A stretch of 41,339 bases of DNA from positions 1-41,339 of the forward strand of contig CAIOKC010000019.1 of the NCBI GenBank assembly GCA_903858755.1. Reading direction: 5' to 3'. Shown here one piece after another: positions 7,558 through 16,147 of the stretch. The notes beneath the pieces are model-generated. The model saw only the letters and a program-made list of their open reading frames with translations. It ran no database searches and was not told the DNA's origin. The translations under genes were made by a program, and so were the position numbers. This DNA is from an uncultured bacterium. GTDB taxonomy: Bacteria > Patescibacteriota > Minisyncoccia > Phycocordibacterales > UBA2100. How positions within the stretch are numbered: position 1 is the first letter of the stretch; every line of letters begins with the position of its first letter.

Positions 7558-8346
7558 ATGTCCGCTCCCGCGCTCAAAATCACCGGTCTCAAGAAGACCT
7601 ACAGGAATGGCGTCGTCGCTTTGAAAGGTGTATCGCTCGAGGTGTCGGAGGGTGATTTCTTCGCGCTCCTCGGACCAAACGGCGCGGGCAAGACAAGTAT
7701 CATCGGTATCACGACAGGTCTTGTGAATAAGACGAGTGGAAGCATCTCCGTATTCGGACACGATATCGATGCCGAGACTGAGCTCGCGAAGATGCAGATA
7801 GGATTGGTCGGGCAGGAGGTCAATTTCAATCCGTTTGAGAAAACGCTCAATATCGTGGTGAACCAGGCAGGCTACTACGGCATCCCGCGCTCGGTCGCAA
7901 TCCCGCGCGCAGAAAAGCTCCTCACCGAGCTTGGGTTGGGAGAAAAAATGGGAGAGAATGCGATGACGCTCTCGGGTGGCATGAAGCGCCGCCTCATGAT
8001 CGCGCGCGCGCTCGTCAATGAGCCGCGCTTCCTCATCCTCGACGAGCCGACCGCGGGCGTCGATGTGGAGCTTCGCCGCGGCATGTGGGACTACCTTACG
8101 AGCTTGAGCAAGAAAGGTCTCACCATCCTTCTCACCACACACTACCTCGAAGAGGCCGAGCAGCTCTGCAAGCACGTCGCGATTATCAACAAGGGCGAGA
8201 TCGTCGCAAGCGGCACCATGGAGGAAGTCATCGCAAAGCATCATAGTGGGAGCGGAGCAAAAGACCCCTCGACTGGACTCGGGGCAGGCGGCTACCGAGG
8301 CGGTAAGCTTGAAGAAGTGTTCCTCAAACTCACCAGCGAAAAATAG
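7558..8346 (+). CDS. ABC transporter ATP-binding protein (ABC-2 type)
   Basis: Walker A GPNGAGKTS, signature LSGGMKRRL, Walker B FLILDEPTAGVD, H-loop TTHY. Confidence 0.92.
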   Translation: MSAPALKITGLKKTYRNGVVALKGVSLEVSEGDFFALLGPNGAGKTSIIGITTGLVNKTSGSISVFGHDIDAETELAKMQIGLVGQEVNFNPFEKTLNIVVNQAGYYGIPRSVAIPRAEKLLTELGLGEKMGENAMTLSGGMKRRLMIARALVNEPRFLILDEPTAGVDVELRRGMWDYLTSLSKKGLTILLTTHYLEEAEQLCKHVAIINKGEIVASGTMEEVIAKHHSGSGAKDPSTGLGAGGYRGGKLEEVFLKLTSEK

Positions 8347-8347
8347 T

Positions 8348-9130
8348 ATGGATACCTTCGGACTGTGGATCAGCTTTTACACGATGCTGCGCAAGGACAT
8401 CGTCCGCATGTTCCGCATTTGGGTGCAGACATTTCTCCCGAGCGTCGTCACCTCATGCCTCTACTTCCTCATCTTCGGTACCGTCCTCGGCTCGCGCATC
8501 GGAGAGATGCAAGGCGTGGATTACATGCTTTTCGTCGTTCCCGGGCTCGTCATGCTCGCGATTGTGACCAATGCATACTCGAATACCTCATTCACCTTCT
8601 TCCAATCGAAGTTCTTCTTCCGCGGGATCGACGAGATCCTTGTCTCCCCCACCCCTCCGTGGCTGCTTATCGCGGGATTCATCTCGGGCGGCGTCGTGCG
8701 CGGCATCCTCGTCGGCACTATCGTGCTTCTGATATCCGCTTTCTTCACAAGTCTGCACCTTGCGATACACAGCGTCTTTATTATCTTCGGCTTTGCCGTC
8801 TTGACCGCGCTCGTCTTCTCGCTCGCCGGGCTGGTCAATGGCGTGTATGCGAAGTCGATCGACGGCATCAACCTCGTGCCCACGTTCGTCCTCACGCCGC
8901 TCGTCTACCTCGGCGGCGTCTTCTACTCCATCCACTCGCTTCCCGTGTGGGCGCAGGGATTTACGTACATAAATCCGATCTTCTATCTCATCAACGGATT
9001 CCGCTACGGATTCCTCGGCATCGCCGATATTCCAATCTGGATTTCTCTCGCCGTGCTCGGCGGTATGATCGCCGCTCTCATCGCCATCAATTGGTACTTG
9101 ATTCGCACGGGACTCGGGCTGAAGCAGTAA
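8348..9130 (+). CDS. ABC-2 type transporter permease
   Basis: Start MDTFGLWISFYTMLRKDIVRMFR is 1 nt after the ATPase stop. Six hydrophobic helices, typical ABC-2 permease layout. Confidence 0.85.
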   Translation: MDTFGLWISFYTMLRKDIVRMFRIWVQTFLPSVVTSCLYFLIFGTVLGSRIGEMQGVDYMLFVVPGLVMLAIVTNAYSNTSFTFFQSKFFFRGIDEILVSPTPPWLLIAGFISGGVVRGILVGTIVLLISAFFTSLHLAIHSVFIIFGFAVLTALVFSLAGLVNGVYAKSIDGINLVPTFVLTPLVYLGGVFYSIHSLPVWAQGFTYINPIFYLINGFRYGFLGIADIPIWISLAVLGGMIAALIAINWYLIRTGLGLKQ

Positions 9131-9142
9131 GGACAAAAGAAT

Positions 9143-9176
9143 CCCCGCCGCGGACGCGTCCGCGGCGGGGTATTTT
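9143..9176. terminator. bidirectional rho-independent terminator between convergent genes
   Basis: CCCCGCCGCGGAC GC GTCCGCGGCGGGG perfect palindromic stem, followed by TATTTTT on the + strand and ATTCTTTTGT on the minus strand. Sits between stops 9130 (+) and 9177 (-). Confidence 0.8.
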
Positions 9177-10520
9177 TCAAGAAGAAAGTTTCCAGAGTCT
9201 GCCGTGAGTCGGCGAATTGTCGACATCGAGCTTCGCGCTCTCCACCACCATCCGCCTCGCCGCGTATGCTCCCGGGCTCACCTCGGCGAGGATGCCGAGC
9301 GCCGCCAAGATTGCATTCGTCGGATCCAAGACCGTCATGAGCGGCACATTGGATGGCATCCGCAGCGACGACCACACGTCGTCGGGAAACTCCTTGACCG
9401 ATGCGGAGACCGCGATCACGGGGGTATGGGTTTCCGCCGCAAAGACGGGTCCCGCGCCGTTTGAGCGTCCGACGTAGGTGATCAGCACTTTCGATCCTGG
9501 CTTCGCGAGAATATAGCGCAAGACCGAGAGACAGCGTTCGGGCTTCTTGTGCACGGACCCCGTCTCGACCTCCAGCAAGACCGCCGGTCCGGCGATGTGC
9601 TTCATCGCCTTCGAGAAAGGTCCGATGGGATCGGATTCGGATGCACGCCACAAGACGATAGTCGGCTTGTTTTTCGCGAGATGTGCGAAGGCATACGTCC
9701 GGCGCGCGACATGCTCATAGAGCTCCCTCACCTGCCACACGGGCGCTCCATCGCGGTAGCGCTGTTTGTCGAGGTGCTTGCCTGCTTCGTCGAGGAGGCG
9801 CCACGAATCATTGTCGACGACGTCGGCGACCAACAGAGTGCCTTTGTCGTCGAACCCGAATTCGATCTTGAGATCGCAGAGAGTGCATCCCTGCAACGCC
9901 CACGCCTTTTCGAGAACCAGGAAGACGCGGCGCACCAGCGCTTCCATTTCTCTGAACGGATGATTGCCGTCTCCCGCATGCGTACCGTAGACAGCCCGCG
10001 CCGGTATGTTGACAGGGGGATTGTCCGATCCTTGCGGCATATCGGGTCGGCAGACACCGACGCCCGCGGACGTAAAGCCCGTGATGAGCGGATCATCCTT
10101 CTCAAGGCTGACGCCACCGAATGCCTTGCCCGAGGTCTTCAGGAAGAATTCGACCACGAGCGCTTCGAAGCGCGTACCCGCTTTGATCTCGGGATTGCGC
10201 TTCACATACGAGCCGAGCGCGATGCGCCGCGCGACGACTTCGTAGGGAAGCATCGTACAGAGCCTCGCGCGGAACGTATCCGCAGCGACCCTGCCGATAA
10301 ACGCGGTCGGGATGCCGCATGCCTCGAGCAATTCGAAGACATTGGAAGTGGTCTTGGTGGCGAACACTCCCTTGCCCTCAAACACATCGTGCTTCGCGCC
10401 GTCGCCGGCGGTGATGTCGTCTTTCGAGACGACATCGGCAGTGCCGTCGCCGAGCGCATACACCTGCTTCGTCTTGCCCTCCGTGGTCAGCGGACGCGCG
10501 GAGTGAACGGGATTCGTCAT
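9177..10520 (-). CDS. bifunctional SAICAR synthetase / AIR carboxylase, PAICS-type fusion (PurC-PurE class II)
   Basis: From memory of human PAICS, collinear motif matches are: EGKTKQVY, DDITAGDGAKHDVFEGKG, VARRIALGSYVKRNP, CTLCDLKIEFGFD...LVADVVDNDSWRL, DKQRYRD, then the PurE half SVHKKPERCL, VGRSNGAGPVFA, DVWSSLRMPSNVPLMTVL. AAGGA SD about 9 nt upstream of the ATG. Confidence 0.85.
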   Translation of the reverse strand: MTNPVHSARPLTTEGKTKQVYALGDGTADVVSKDDITAGDGAKHDVFEGKGVFATKTTSNVFELLEACGIPTAFIGRVAADTFRARLCTMLPYEVVARRIALGSYVKRNPEIKAGTRFEALVVEFFLKTSGKAFGGVSLEKDDPLITGFTSAGVGVCRPDMPQGSDNPPVNIPARAVYGTHAGDGNHPFREMEALVRRVFLVLEKAWALQGCTLCDLKIEFGFDDKGTLLVADVVDNDSWRLLDEAGKHLDKQRYRDGAPVWQVRELYEHVARRTYAFAHLAKNKPTIVLWRASESDPIGPFSKAMKHIAGPAVLLEVETGSVHKKPERCLSVLRYILAKPGSKVLITYVGRSNGAGPVFAAETHTPVIAVSASVKEFPDDVWSSLRMPSNVPLMTVLDPTNAILAALGILAEVSPGAYAARRMVVESAKLDVDNSPTHGRLWKLSS

Positions 10521-10605
10521 GAGCCTATCCTTTCTCCTCTATACCCCCAATGGGGTCTCCGCCGCCACTATGCCGCCAGCACCGATGCGTGTCAAAGCAC
10601 GGTCC

Positions 10606-11133
10606 CTATCGTTCCAAGTCGACCCATCGGTATTTCAAACCGTTCGACTCGTGCGCCTCCTCAGACACAATCTTCGTGAAATCATGCTCGTATGGGGGGA
10701 AGAATGAATCCCCTTCAGCTTCCGCATCGATGAGAGTGAGGTAGAGTTTGTCGGTGAAAGGGAGCGCTGCTCCGTATATCTGCGCGCCGCCGATGACGAA
10801 AATCTCTTCCTGATCCACTCGTTTCCCTTTTTCAATCGCTTCTTCGATCGATCCAACTGCGACCACATCAGTCTGCATATTAGTGGTTTCGTAAACCCCT
10901 AATATTCGCTTGGGATCGTGAGTGACCACGATATTTGTGCGCTCCGGCAGAGGTTTTTTGGTATACCCAAGAATCGACTCGAAGGTCTTCCGACCCATAA
11001 TCACAGGATGCCCGCGCGTGATCTCCCTAAATCGCTTCAGATCCTCCGGGATGTGCCATAGGAGCTTGTTTTCTTTGCCCAAAACTCGCCCCTTCCCGAT
11101 AGCCGCGATTGCGCTCACAAGGGGCTTTTTCAT
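10606..11133 (-). CDS. folA: dihydrofolate reductase
   Basis: MKKPLVSAIAAIGKGRVLGKENKLLWHIPEDLKRFREITRGHPVIMGRKTFESI, VIGGAQIY. Start set at 11133, with TGgTATATT 6 nt upstream. Confidence 0.9.
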   Translation of the reverse strand: MKKPLVSAIAAIGKGRVLGKENKLLWHIPEDLKRFREITRGHPVIMGRKTFESILGYTKKPLPERTNIVVTHDPKRILGVYETTNMQTDVVAVGSIEEAIEKGKRVDQEEIFVIGGAQIYGAALPFTDKLYLTLIDAEAEGDSFFPPYEHDFTKIVSEEAHESNGLKYRWVDLER

Positions 11134-11139
11134 CGCCTG

Positions 11140-11148
11140 AATATACCA
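11140..11148 (-). promoter_or_regulatory. extended -10 box TGgTATATT, leaderless-type, for folA
   Basis: Minus strand reads TGGTATATT CAGGCG ATG. Confidence 0.55.
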
Positions 11149-11195
11149 CACCCCGTTTCCCCCATTAGTGCAATGTCGCGAGAAGTTCGAAGGGA

Positions 11196-11201
11196 TATAA
11201 T
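11196..11201 (+). promoter_or_regulatory. consensus -10 box TATAAT, leaderless-type, for CYTH gene
   Basis: TATAAT GACCGTCC ATG(11210); 8-nt spacer, no SD. Confidence 0.55.
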
Positions 11202-11209
11202 GACCGTCC

Positions 11210-11884
11210 ATGCAAAAGTACGAAGTCGAGGTGAAGGCGCTGCTCGGAAGCCCAGAGCGGGCGGACGAGGTGAGAAACGCGATGATGAAAGCTGATCCTT
11301 CCTGCGCTCTTGCTTCCAAGAACAAACAGCTCAATCACTATTTCGAAGGCGGCACGCTTGCAAAGCTTGCGGAAGTCGCGCGAGCGCACCTCTCACCCGA
11401 AGCAACGGCGAAGCTCGACGATTTTGCGGCACGCGCGCAGAAATTCTCCGTGCGCTCGCGCGACAAAGACGGCGAGGTATTTCTTGTCGTGAAAGCCTCG
11501 ATGGGCGACGATTCGAGTGAAAATGGCGTTGCGCGCATGGAATTCGAAGAGAAGGTCTCACTGACGCTCGACGAGCTCGACGCACTCGTGCTTTCCGCCG
11601 GCTTCACATGCCAAGCGAAGTGGTCGCGCGAACGCGAAGAGTATGTGTGCCGCGGCACCAACATAACGCTCGACAAGAATGCCGGATACGGCTGGCTTGC
11701 GGAATTTGAGCGCGTCGTCGACAGCGAAGCGGAGCTCGCTTCAGCGCGCGCGGATATCGATGCCCGTATGCGAGAGCTCGGCGTCGAGGAGCTGCCGCAA
11801 GACAAGCTCGAGCGGATGTTTGCTTTTTACAATGCGCACTGGTCCGAGTACTACGGGACTGACAAAATCTTTACCATTGAATGA
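11210..11884 (+). CDS. CYTH domain protein (CyaB/ThTPase-like triphosphate tunnel metalloenzyme)
   Basis: N-terminal YEVEVKAL (ExExK signature), SVRSRDKDG, LVVK, MEFEEKV, WSREREEY, ITLDKNAGYGWLAEFE: alternating charged beta-strand pattern of CYTH. Confidence 0.7.
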   Translation: MQKYEVEVKALLGSPERADEVRNAMMKADPSCALASKNKQLNHYFEGGTLAKLAEVARAHLSPEATAKLDDFAARAQKFSVRSRDKDGEVFLVVKASMGDDSSENGVARMEFEEKVSLTLDELDALVLSAGFTCQAKWSREREEYVCRGTNITLDKNAGYGWLAEFERVVDSEAELASARADIDARMRELGVEELPQDKLERMFAFYNAHWSEYYGTDKIFTIE

Positions 11885-11889
11885 CCGCA

Positions 11890-11895
11890 TATATT
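11890..11895 (+). promoter_or_regulatory. -10 box TATATT, leaderless-type, for dcd
   Basis: TATATT GCTACCGA ATG(11904). Confidence 0.45.
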
Positions 11896-11903
11896 GCTAC
11901 CGA

Positions 11904-12494
11904 ATGACACCTATGTTTCTCTCCGACACCGACATCAAGAAAGCGATACAAAAAGGCGATATCACCCTCAAGCCCTTTAGCGATTCGCGTCTCCAGCCCG
12001 CAAGCTACGACATCCTGCTCGGCAATAAATTCGTCATCAACGACGAGCACGCGACCCACGTCGTCGATCCTTCGCGCAAGATGTATGCGAAGACGCGCGA
12101 GGTCGTCATGAAAGACGGCGCGGAGTTCGTCCTCCACCCAGGCATCTCCGTACTCGGCACTTCGAAAGAATTCTTCGGCTCCGATCACTACCTCATCCAG
12201 GTCGGCGGCAAATCCTCGCTCGCCCGCGTCGGGCTCATGATCCACAATACCGCGGGCATCATCAATCCGGGGCATTTCCTCCATATCACCTTCGAGATGA
12301 CCAACCAGAGCAACGTCCCCATCATCCTCCGCCCGGGGATGGAAATCGCGCAAATCACCTTCTCGATGCTCTCATCGCCGCCGCGGCAGAATTACAAGAC
12401 GGTCGGAAGGTACGCAAAAGACAATTGGAAACATTTCACGGAAAAAGCGAGAAAGCCCGCTCGTCCGGCAGGCAAGAAAAGAAAAACCCGATAG
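11904..12494 (+). CDS. dcd: dCTP deaminase (dUTPase superfamily)
   Basis: FLSDTDIKKAI, LQPASYDILLG, VGGKSSLARVGL, GHFLHITFEMTN. Basic C-terminal tail. Alternative start 11913. Confidence 0.9.
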   Translation: MTPMFLSDTDIKKAIQKGDITLKPFSDSRLQPASYDILLGNKFVINDEHATHVVDPSRKMYAKTREVVMKDGAEFVLHPGISVLGTSKEFFGSDHYLIQVGGKSSLARVGLMIHNTAGIINPGHFLHITFEMTNQSNVPIILRPGMEIAQITFSMLSSPPRQNYKTVGRYAKDNWKHFTEKARKPARPAGKKRKTR

Positions 12495-12500
12495 ACCCGT

Positions 12501-13448
12501 ATGCAGCACCCCGAAGAGCAGTACCTCGATCTCTTGAAGCAAGTGCTCGAGCACGGGGAAGAGCAGGTAGACAAAGGCACCGGCGTAAAGACCTACAGCA
12601 GATTCGGCGCGCAAATTCGCTTCGACATTTCCCAAGGATTCCCCCTCCTCACGACGAAGAAAGTGTATTGGAAGGGCGTCGTGCATGAGCTCTATTGGTT
12701 TATGTCGGGTCAGAGCAATATCAAGTACCTCGTCGACAACGATGTGCACATCTGGGATGACTACCCCTACAAAATCTACGAGGAAAAGCACGCGGGCGAA
12801 ATGTCGAAAGAAGATTTCATCGCGAAGATAAAAAGCGATGCCGATTTCGCGCGCGACCACGGCGAATTGCCGCATATCTATGGCGAATCATGGAGGCGCT
12901 GGATCGCGCGCGACGGTCGCGCCGTCGACCAGCTCGGGTGGGCGATCGAGGAGCTCCGCAAGGATCCCGATGCCCACAACACACTCGTGAGCTCGTGGAA
13001 CCCCGAGTACATGTATTCGATGGCGCGCCCCGGAGAAGGCGCGCGCTTCCCTATCTGCCACAATATGTACCAGCTCAATATCAAAGACGGCAAGGTCTGC
13101 CTCCAGCTCTACCAGCGCAGCGCCGATATATTCCTCGGTGTCCCCTTCAATATCGCGAGCTACGCCCTCCTCGCCTGCATCATCGCGAAAATCCTCGGGC
13201 GGAGCCCCGGAGAATTCATCCACACCTTCGGCGACTTTCATATGTACGAGAATCACCGCGAACAAATCAAAGAGCAGCTCGCGCGCGCGCCGAAAGCGCT
13301 CCCCTCCGTCTCGTTCACGCACGATTTTGATTCACTCGAATCCTTCAAGCCGGAATACGTGCAGCTTGAAGGCTACGATCCGCATCCGCCCATCAAGGCG
13401 GAATTGACCGTCGCAGGGGGGTACAATAAGAAGCTTCACGGCGTATGA
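12501..13448 (+). CDS. thyA: thymidylate synthase ThyA (long, L. casei-like form with insertion)
   Basis: EQYLDLLKQVLEHG, TGVKTYSRFG, FPLLTTKKV, HELYWFMSG, LVSSWNP, FPICHNMYQL (catalytic Cys), YQRSADIFLGVPFNIASYALL. Confidence 0.95.
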   Translation: MQHPEEQYLDLLKQVLEHGEEQVDKGTGVKTYSRFGAQIRFDISQGFPLLTTKKVYWKGVVHELYWFMSGQSNIKYLVDNDVHIWDDYPYKIYEEKHAGEMSKEDFIAKIKSDADFARDHGELPHIYGESWRRWIARDGRAVDQLGWAIEELRKDPDAHNTLVSSWNPEYMYSMARPGEGARFPICHNMYQLNIKDGKVCLQLYQRSADIFLGVPFNIASYALLACIIAKILGRSPGEFIHTFGDFHMYENHREQIKEQLARAPKALPSVSFTHDFDSLESFKPEYVQLEGYDPHPPIKAELTVAGGYNKKLHGV

Positions 13449-13487
13449 TATAGCTTCGCCCCATACTTACCCGCTCACACATTCTTT

Positions 13488-14756
13488 ATGGAACTATTTC
13501 CTCATATCAAAAGACAAGACACGGCTGTCTACCGGGCGATCACCGGCGAAGAAAAGCGGCAGGCAGAAGGGCTCGAGCTCATCCCTTCCGAGAATTACGT
13601 CTCGCGCGCAGTGCGCGAAGCAAATGCTTCTTCGCTCACGAATAAGTACTCCGAAGGGTATCCCGGCAGGCGCTACTACGGCGGTCAGGAGTACACCGAT
13701 GCAGTGGAGACGATCGCGATCGAGCGCGCGAAGAAGCTCTTCGGTGCGACATTCGCCAATGTCCAGCCGCACGCGGGCGCGCCCGCCAATATCGGCATGT
13801 ATTTCGGTCTGCTTGAGCCGGGCGATACCGTGCTCGGCATGGATCTCTCGCACGGCGGGCACCTCACGCACGGGCACCCTGTCACCTACCTCACCAAAAT
13901 ATTCCGATTCGTGCGCTACAAGATGAAGAATGTCGAGACGGGAGAGATCGACTACGATGAAATGCGTAAGGTCGCAAAAAAGGAGAAACCGAAGATTCTC
14001 CTCGCGGGATACTCCGCCTATCCGCGCGAGCTCGATTACGCCAAATTCGTGAAGATTGCGGAAGAAGTGGGGGCGTACTCGGTGATGGACGTCGCGCACA
14101 TCGCGGGGCTGATCGCTGGCAAGGCGGTCAAGAATCCGTTCGATTACGGATTCGACGTCATGACGACGACGACGCACAAGACGCTGCGAGGACCGCGCGG
14201 CGGCATGATCCTCACGCGCGAGAATGCCGATATCGCGAAAAAGATGGACAAAGCGATATTCCCCGGTCTCCAGGGAGGTCCTCTCATGCACAACATCGCC
14301 GCAAAGGCGGTCTGCTTCGGCGAGGCGCTTTCTCCGAAATTCCGCGTGTATGCGAAGCAGATTCTCAAAAACGCGAAGGCGATGGAGAAGGTCTTTGCGA
14401 AGCATAGCGTGCGCATGATCGCCGGTGGCACCTCCAATCACCTCATTCTCGCCGATGTCTACGGCAGCCTCGGCATCAGCGGGAAAGACGCGGAGACGCT
14501 GCTCGACGAAGTCGGCATCACGCTCAACAAAAATTCGATCGCGGACGACACGCGCTCCCCGATGGATCCCTCCGGCATCCGCTTCGGCACGCCGGCGATC
14601 ACGACGCGCGGATTCAAGGAGAAAGAATCAGCCCGTGTCGCCGAGATCATGGTAGAGACGCTCAAACACAAGACAGACAAAAAGCGGCACCGAGTGGCGC
14701 GTGAAGAAATCCGACGGCTTTGCAAGAAGTTCCCCATTCCCGCGTCGTTCGTGTAG
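13488..14756 (+). CDS. glyA: serine hydroxymethyltransferase
   Basis: LELIPSENY, TNKYSEGYPGRRYYGG, VQPHAGAPAN, DLSHGGHLTHG, TTTTHKTLRGPRGG (PLP lysine). Confidence 0.95.
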   Translation: MELFPHIKRQDTAVYRAITGEEKRQAEGLELIPSENYVSRAVREANASSLTNKYSEGYPGRRYYGGQEYTDAVETIAIERAKKLFGATFANVQPHAGAPANIGMYFGLLEPGDTVLGMDLSHGGHLTHGHPVTYLTKIFRFVRYKMKNVETGEIDYDEMRKVAKKEKPKILLAGYSAYPRELDYAKFVKIAEEVGAYSVMDVAHIAGLIAGKAVKNPFDYGFDVMTTTTHKTLRGPRGGMILTRENADIAKKMDKAIFPGLQGGPLMHNIAAKAVCFGEALSPKFRVYAKQILKNAKAMEKVFAKHSVRMIAGGTSNHLILADVYGSLGISGKDAETLLDEVGITLNKNSIADDTRSPMDPSGIRFGTPAITTRGFKEKESARVAEIMVETLKHKTDKKRHRVAREEIRRLCKKFPIPASFV

Positions 14757-14759
14757 AAT
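14752..14759 (+). promoter_or_regulatory. -10 box TG-TAGAAT ahead of DedA gene
   Basis: GTGTAGAAT plus 9 nt plus ATG 14769. The TAG of the hexamer is the glyA stop codon. Confidence 0.4.
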
Positions 14760-14768
14760 TGATCTTCC

Positions 14769-15371
14769 ATGTTTCTCGGCATTGACCTCGCGACCTTCAT
14801 CCAGCTCATCGGGTATCCGGGCATGTTCGCGATCATCTTCGCGGAATCGGGCATCATTGTGGGCTTTTTTCTTCCCGGCGCTTCTCTCCTCTTCACGGCG
14901 GGGCTCCTCGCGTCGGTGGGAGTGTTCAATCCGTGGATACTGATCCCGCTCGTCACGATCGCGGCAATCCTCGGCGACAATGTCGGCTATTGGTTCGGCG
15001 CGAAAATAGGCATCAAGCTGTTTGTGCGACCGAATTCGCGCTTCTTCCGGCAAGAGCACGTCCGACGGGCTCAGCACTTCTATGAGCGACACGGGTGGTA
15101 TGCGATCATCCTCGCCCGTTTCATCCCGATCATCCGCACCTTCGCCCCCATCGTCGCCGGTATCGGATCCATGAATTACAAACTCTTCGTCCTCTGCAAT
15201 GTGGTCGGCGCGCTCGTGTGGGCGAGCGGCATCACCTCGCTCGCCTACTACCTCGGCGAGCGATTCCCGCTCATCGAGCACTACCTCACGCCCATTATTC
15301 TTGGCATCATCGCGATCACCACGATTCCTCTCATGTGGCAGACGTGGAAGAGTGCTCGGAGAGCCGCTTGA
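14769..15371 (+). CDS. DedA/SNARE-associated family membrane protein
   Basis: GYPGMFAIIFAESGIIVGFFLPGASLLFTAGLLA, GDNVGYWFG, RFIPIIRTFAPIVAG. Confidence 0.85.
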   Translation: MFLGIDLATFIQLIGYPGMFAIIFAESGIIVGFFLPGASLLFTAGLLASVGVFNPWILIPLVTIAAILGDNVGYWFGAKIGIKLFVRPNSRFFRQEHVRRAQHFYERHGWYAIILARFIPIIRTFAPIVAGIGSMNYKLFVLCNVVGALVWASGITSLAYYLGERFPLIEHYLTPIILGIIAITTIPLMWQTWKSARRAA

Positions 15372-16143
15372 GTCGGGCGATACCGCCCCACAAGCCGCCA
15401 CTATCGCCGAGTTCCGCCTTTTTTATGATCGGGCTATTCGCCTCGCCGCGTGATTTGTAGAGGGATTCTTGCGCGCGCGAAAACGGTATGGGGTTTACTC
15501 CAGTGATCATCGAGCCGCCGAGGACGATCATATCGGGCGACCACTCCTCGACGACGATGCGAAGTCCTTCGGCAAGAGTATCCGCGAGACCCTCTCGTAT
15601 CTCGAGCGAATCGAGATCTCTCGGATCGACGCCGAATCTCTTCCTGATCGCTGTGCCCGATATGAGGTCTTCGAGCTCCTCGTCTCCTATCTTGATACCG
15701 GCGACACCGCCTGCGGCAGCGATCTCTCCGTCGACGATCAACGCTCCCCCGACTCCCGTCGAGACAGTGAGGTATGCGAGTCTCTTCGCTCCTTTTCCCG
15801 CTCCCGCGTACCCTTCGCCCATGCCGGCACACGCGGCATCATTGACGATATCTGCCGAGGCACCGAGCGCGTTCGAAAGTTCTCGCACGATATTGATCCC
15901 CTCCCATGCGCGCAGATTGCGCGCGTCCGAGATCACTCCTTCATCGCTCACCATCCCCGCTACGCATCCCGCGATGCGTCCGATCGCCTCTTTGCCCGCG
16001 CACTCGCGCGCAAGCGCGGCGAACATCGCGACACCTTCAGCCGGATCTTTCGGTGTGGGGACTTTCCGTGCGTCACCAAGCGCTTCGCCGGCAACCGCAG
16101 CGACACGCATATTGGTTCCGCCGATATCGCAAACGATTCGCAT
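15331..16143 (-). CDS. ROK-family sugar kinase (glucokinase-like)
   Basis: MRIVCDIGGTNMRVA (phosphate-1 motif), NDAACAGMGE, LTVSTGVGGAL, GGSM. The 3' end overlaps convergent DedA by 41 bp. Confidence 0.8.
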   Translation of the reverse strand: MRIVCDIGGTNMRVAAVAGEALGDARKVPTPKDPAEGVAMFAALARECAGKEAIGRIAGCVAGMVSDEGVISDARNLRAWEGINIVRELSNALGASADIVNDAACAGMGEGYAGAGKGAKRLAYLTVSTGVGGALIVDGEIAAAGGVAGIKIGDEELEDLISGTAIRKRFGVDPRDLDSLEIREGLADTLAEGLRIVVEEWSPDMIVLGGSMITGVNPIPFSRAQESLYKSRGEANSPIIKKAELGDSGGLWGGIARLKRLSEHSSTSAT

Positions 16144-16147
16144 GGCA

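Noticed and set aside
10521-10605. Possible purine or ZTP riboswitch in the 85-nt leader of the PAICS-type gene
   Set aside because: The leader contains CUGGCGG but lacks the GGGUCGUGAC and CCGCCUGGGC elements of the ZTP motif, and it lacks the purine-riboswitch loop-loop consensus. Only a short CCCC/GGGG hairpin is present.
15331-15371. 41-bp 3' overlap of convergent DedA and ROK genes as a sign of frameshift or mis-assembly
   Set aside because: Both proteins read through to plausible C-termini with family-typical lengths, and I see no frame disruption. The overlap is noted but not treated as an anomaly.
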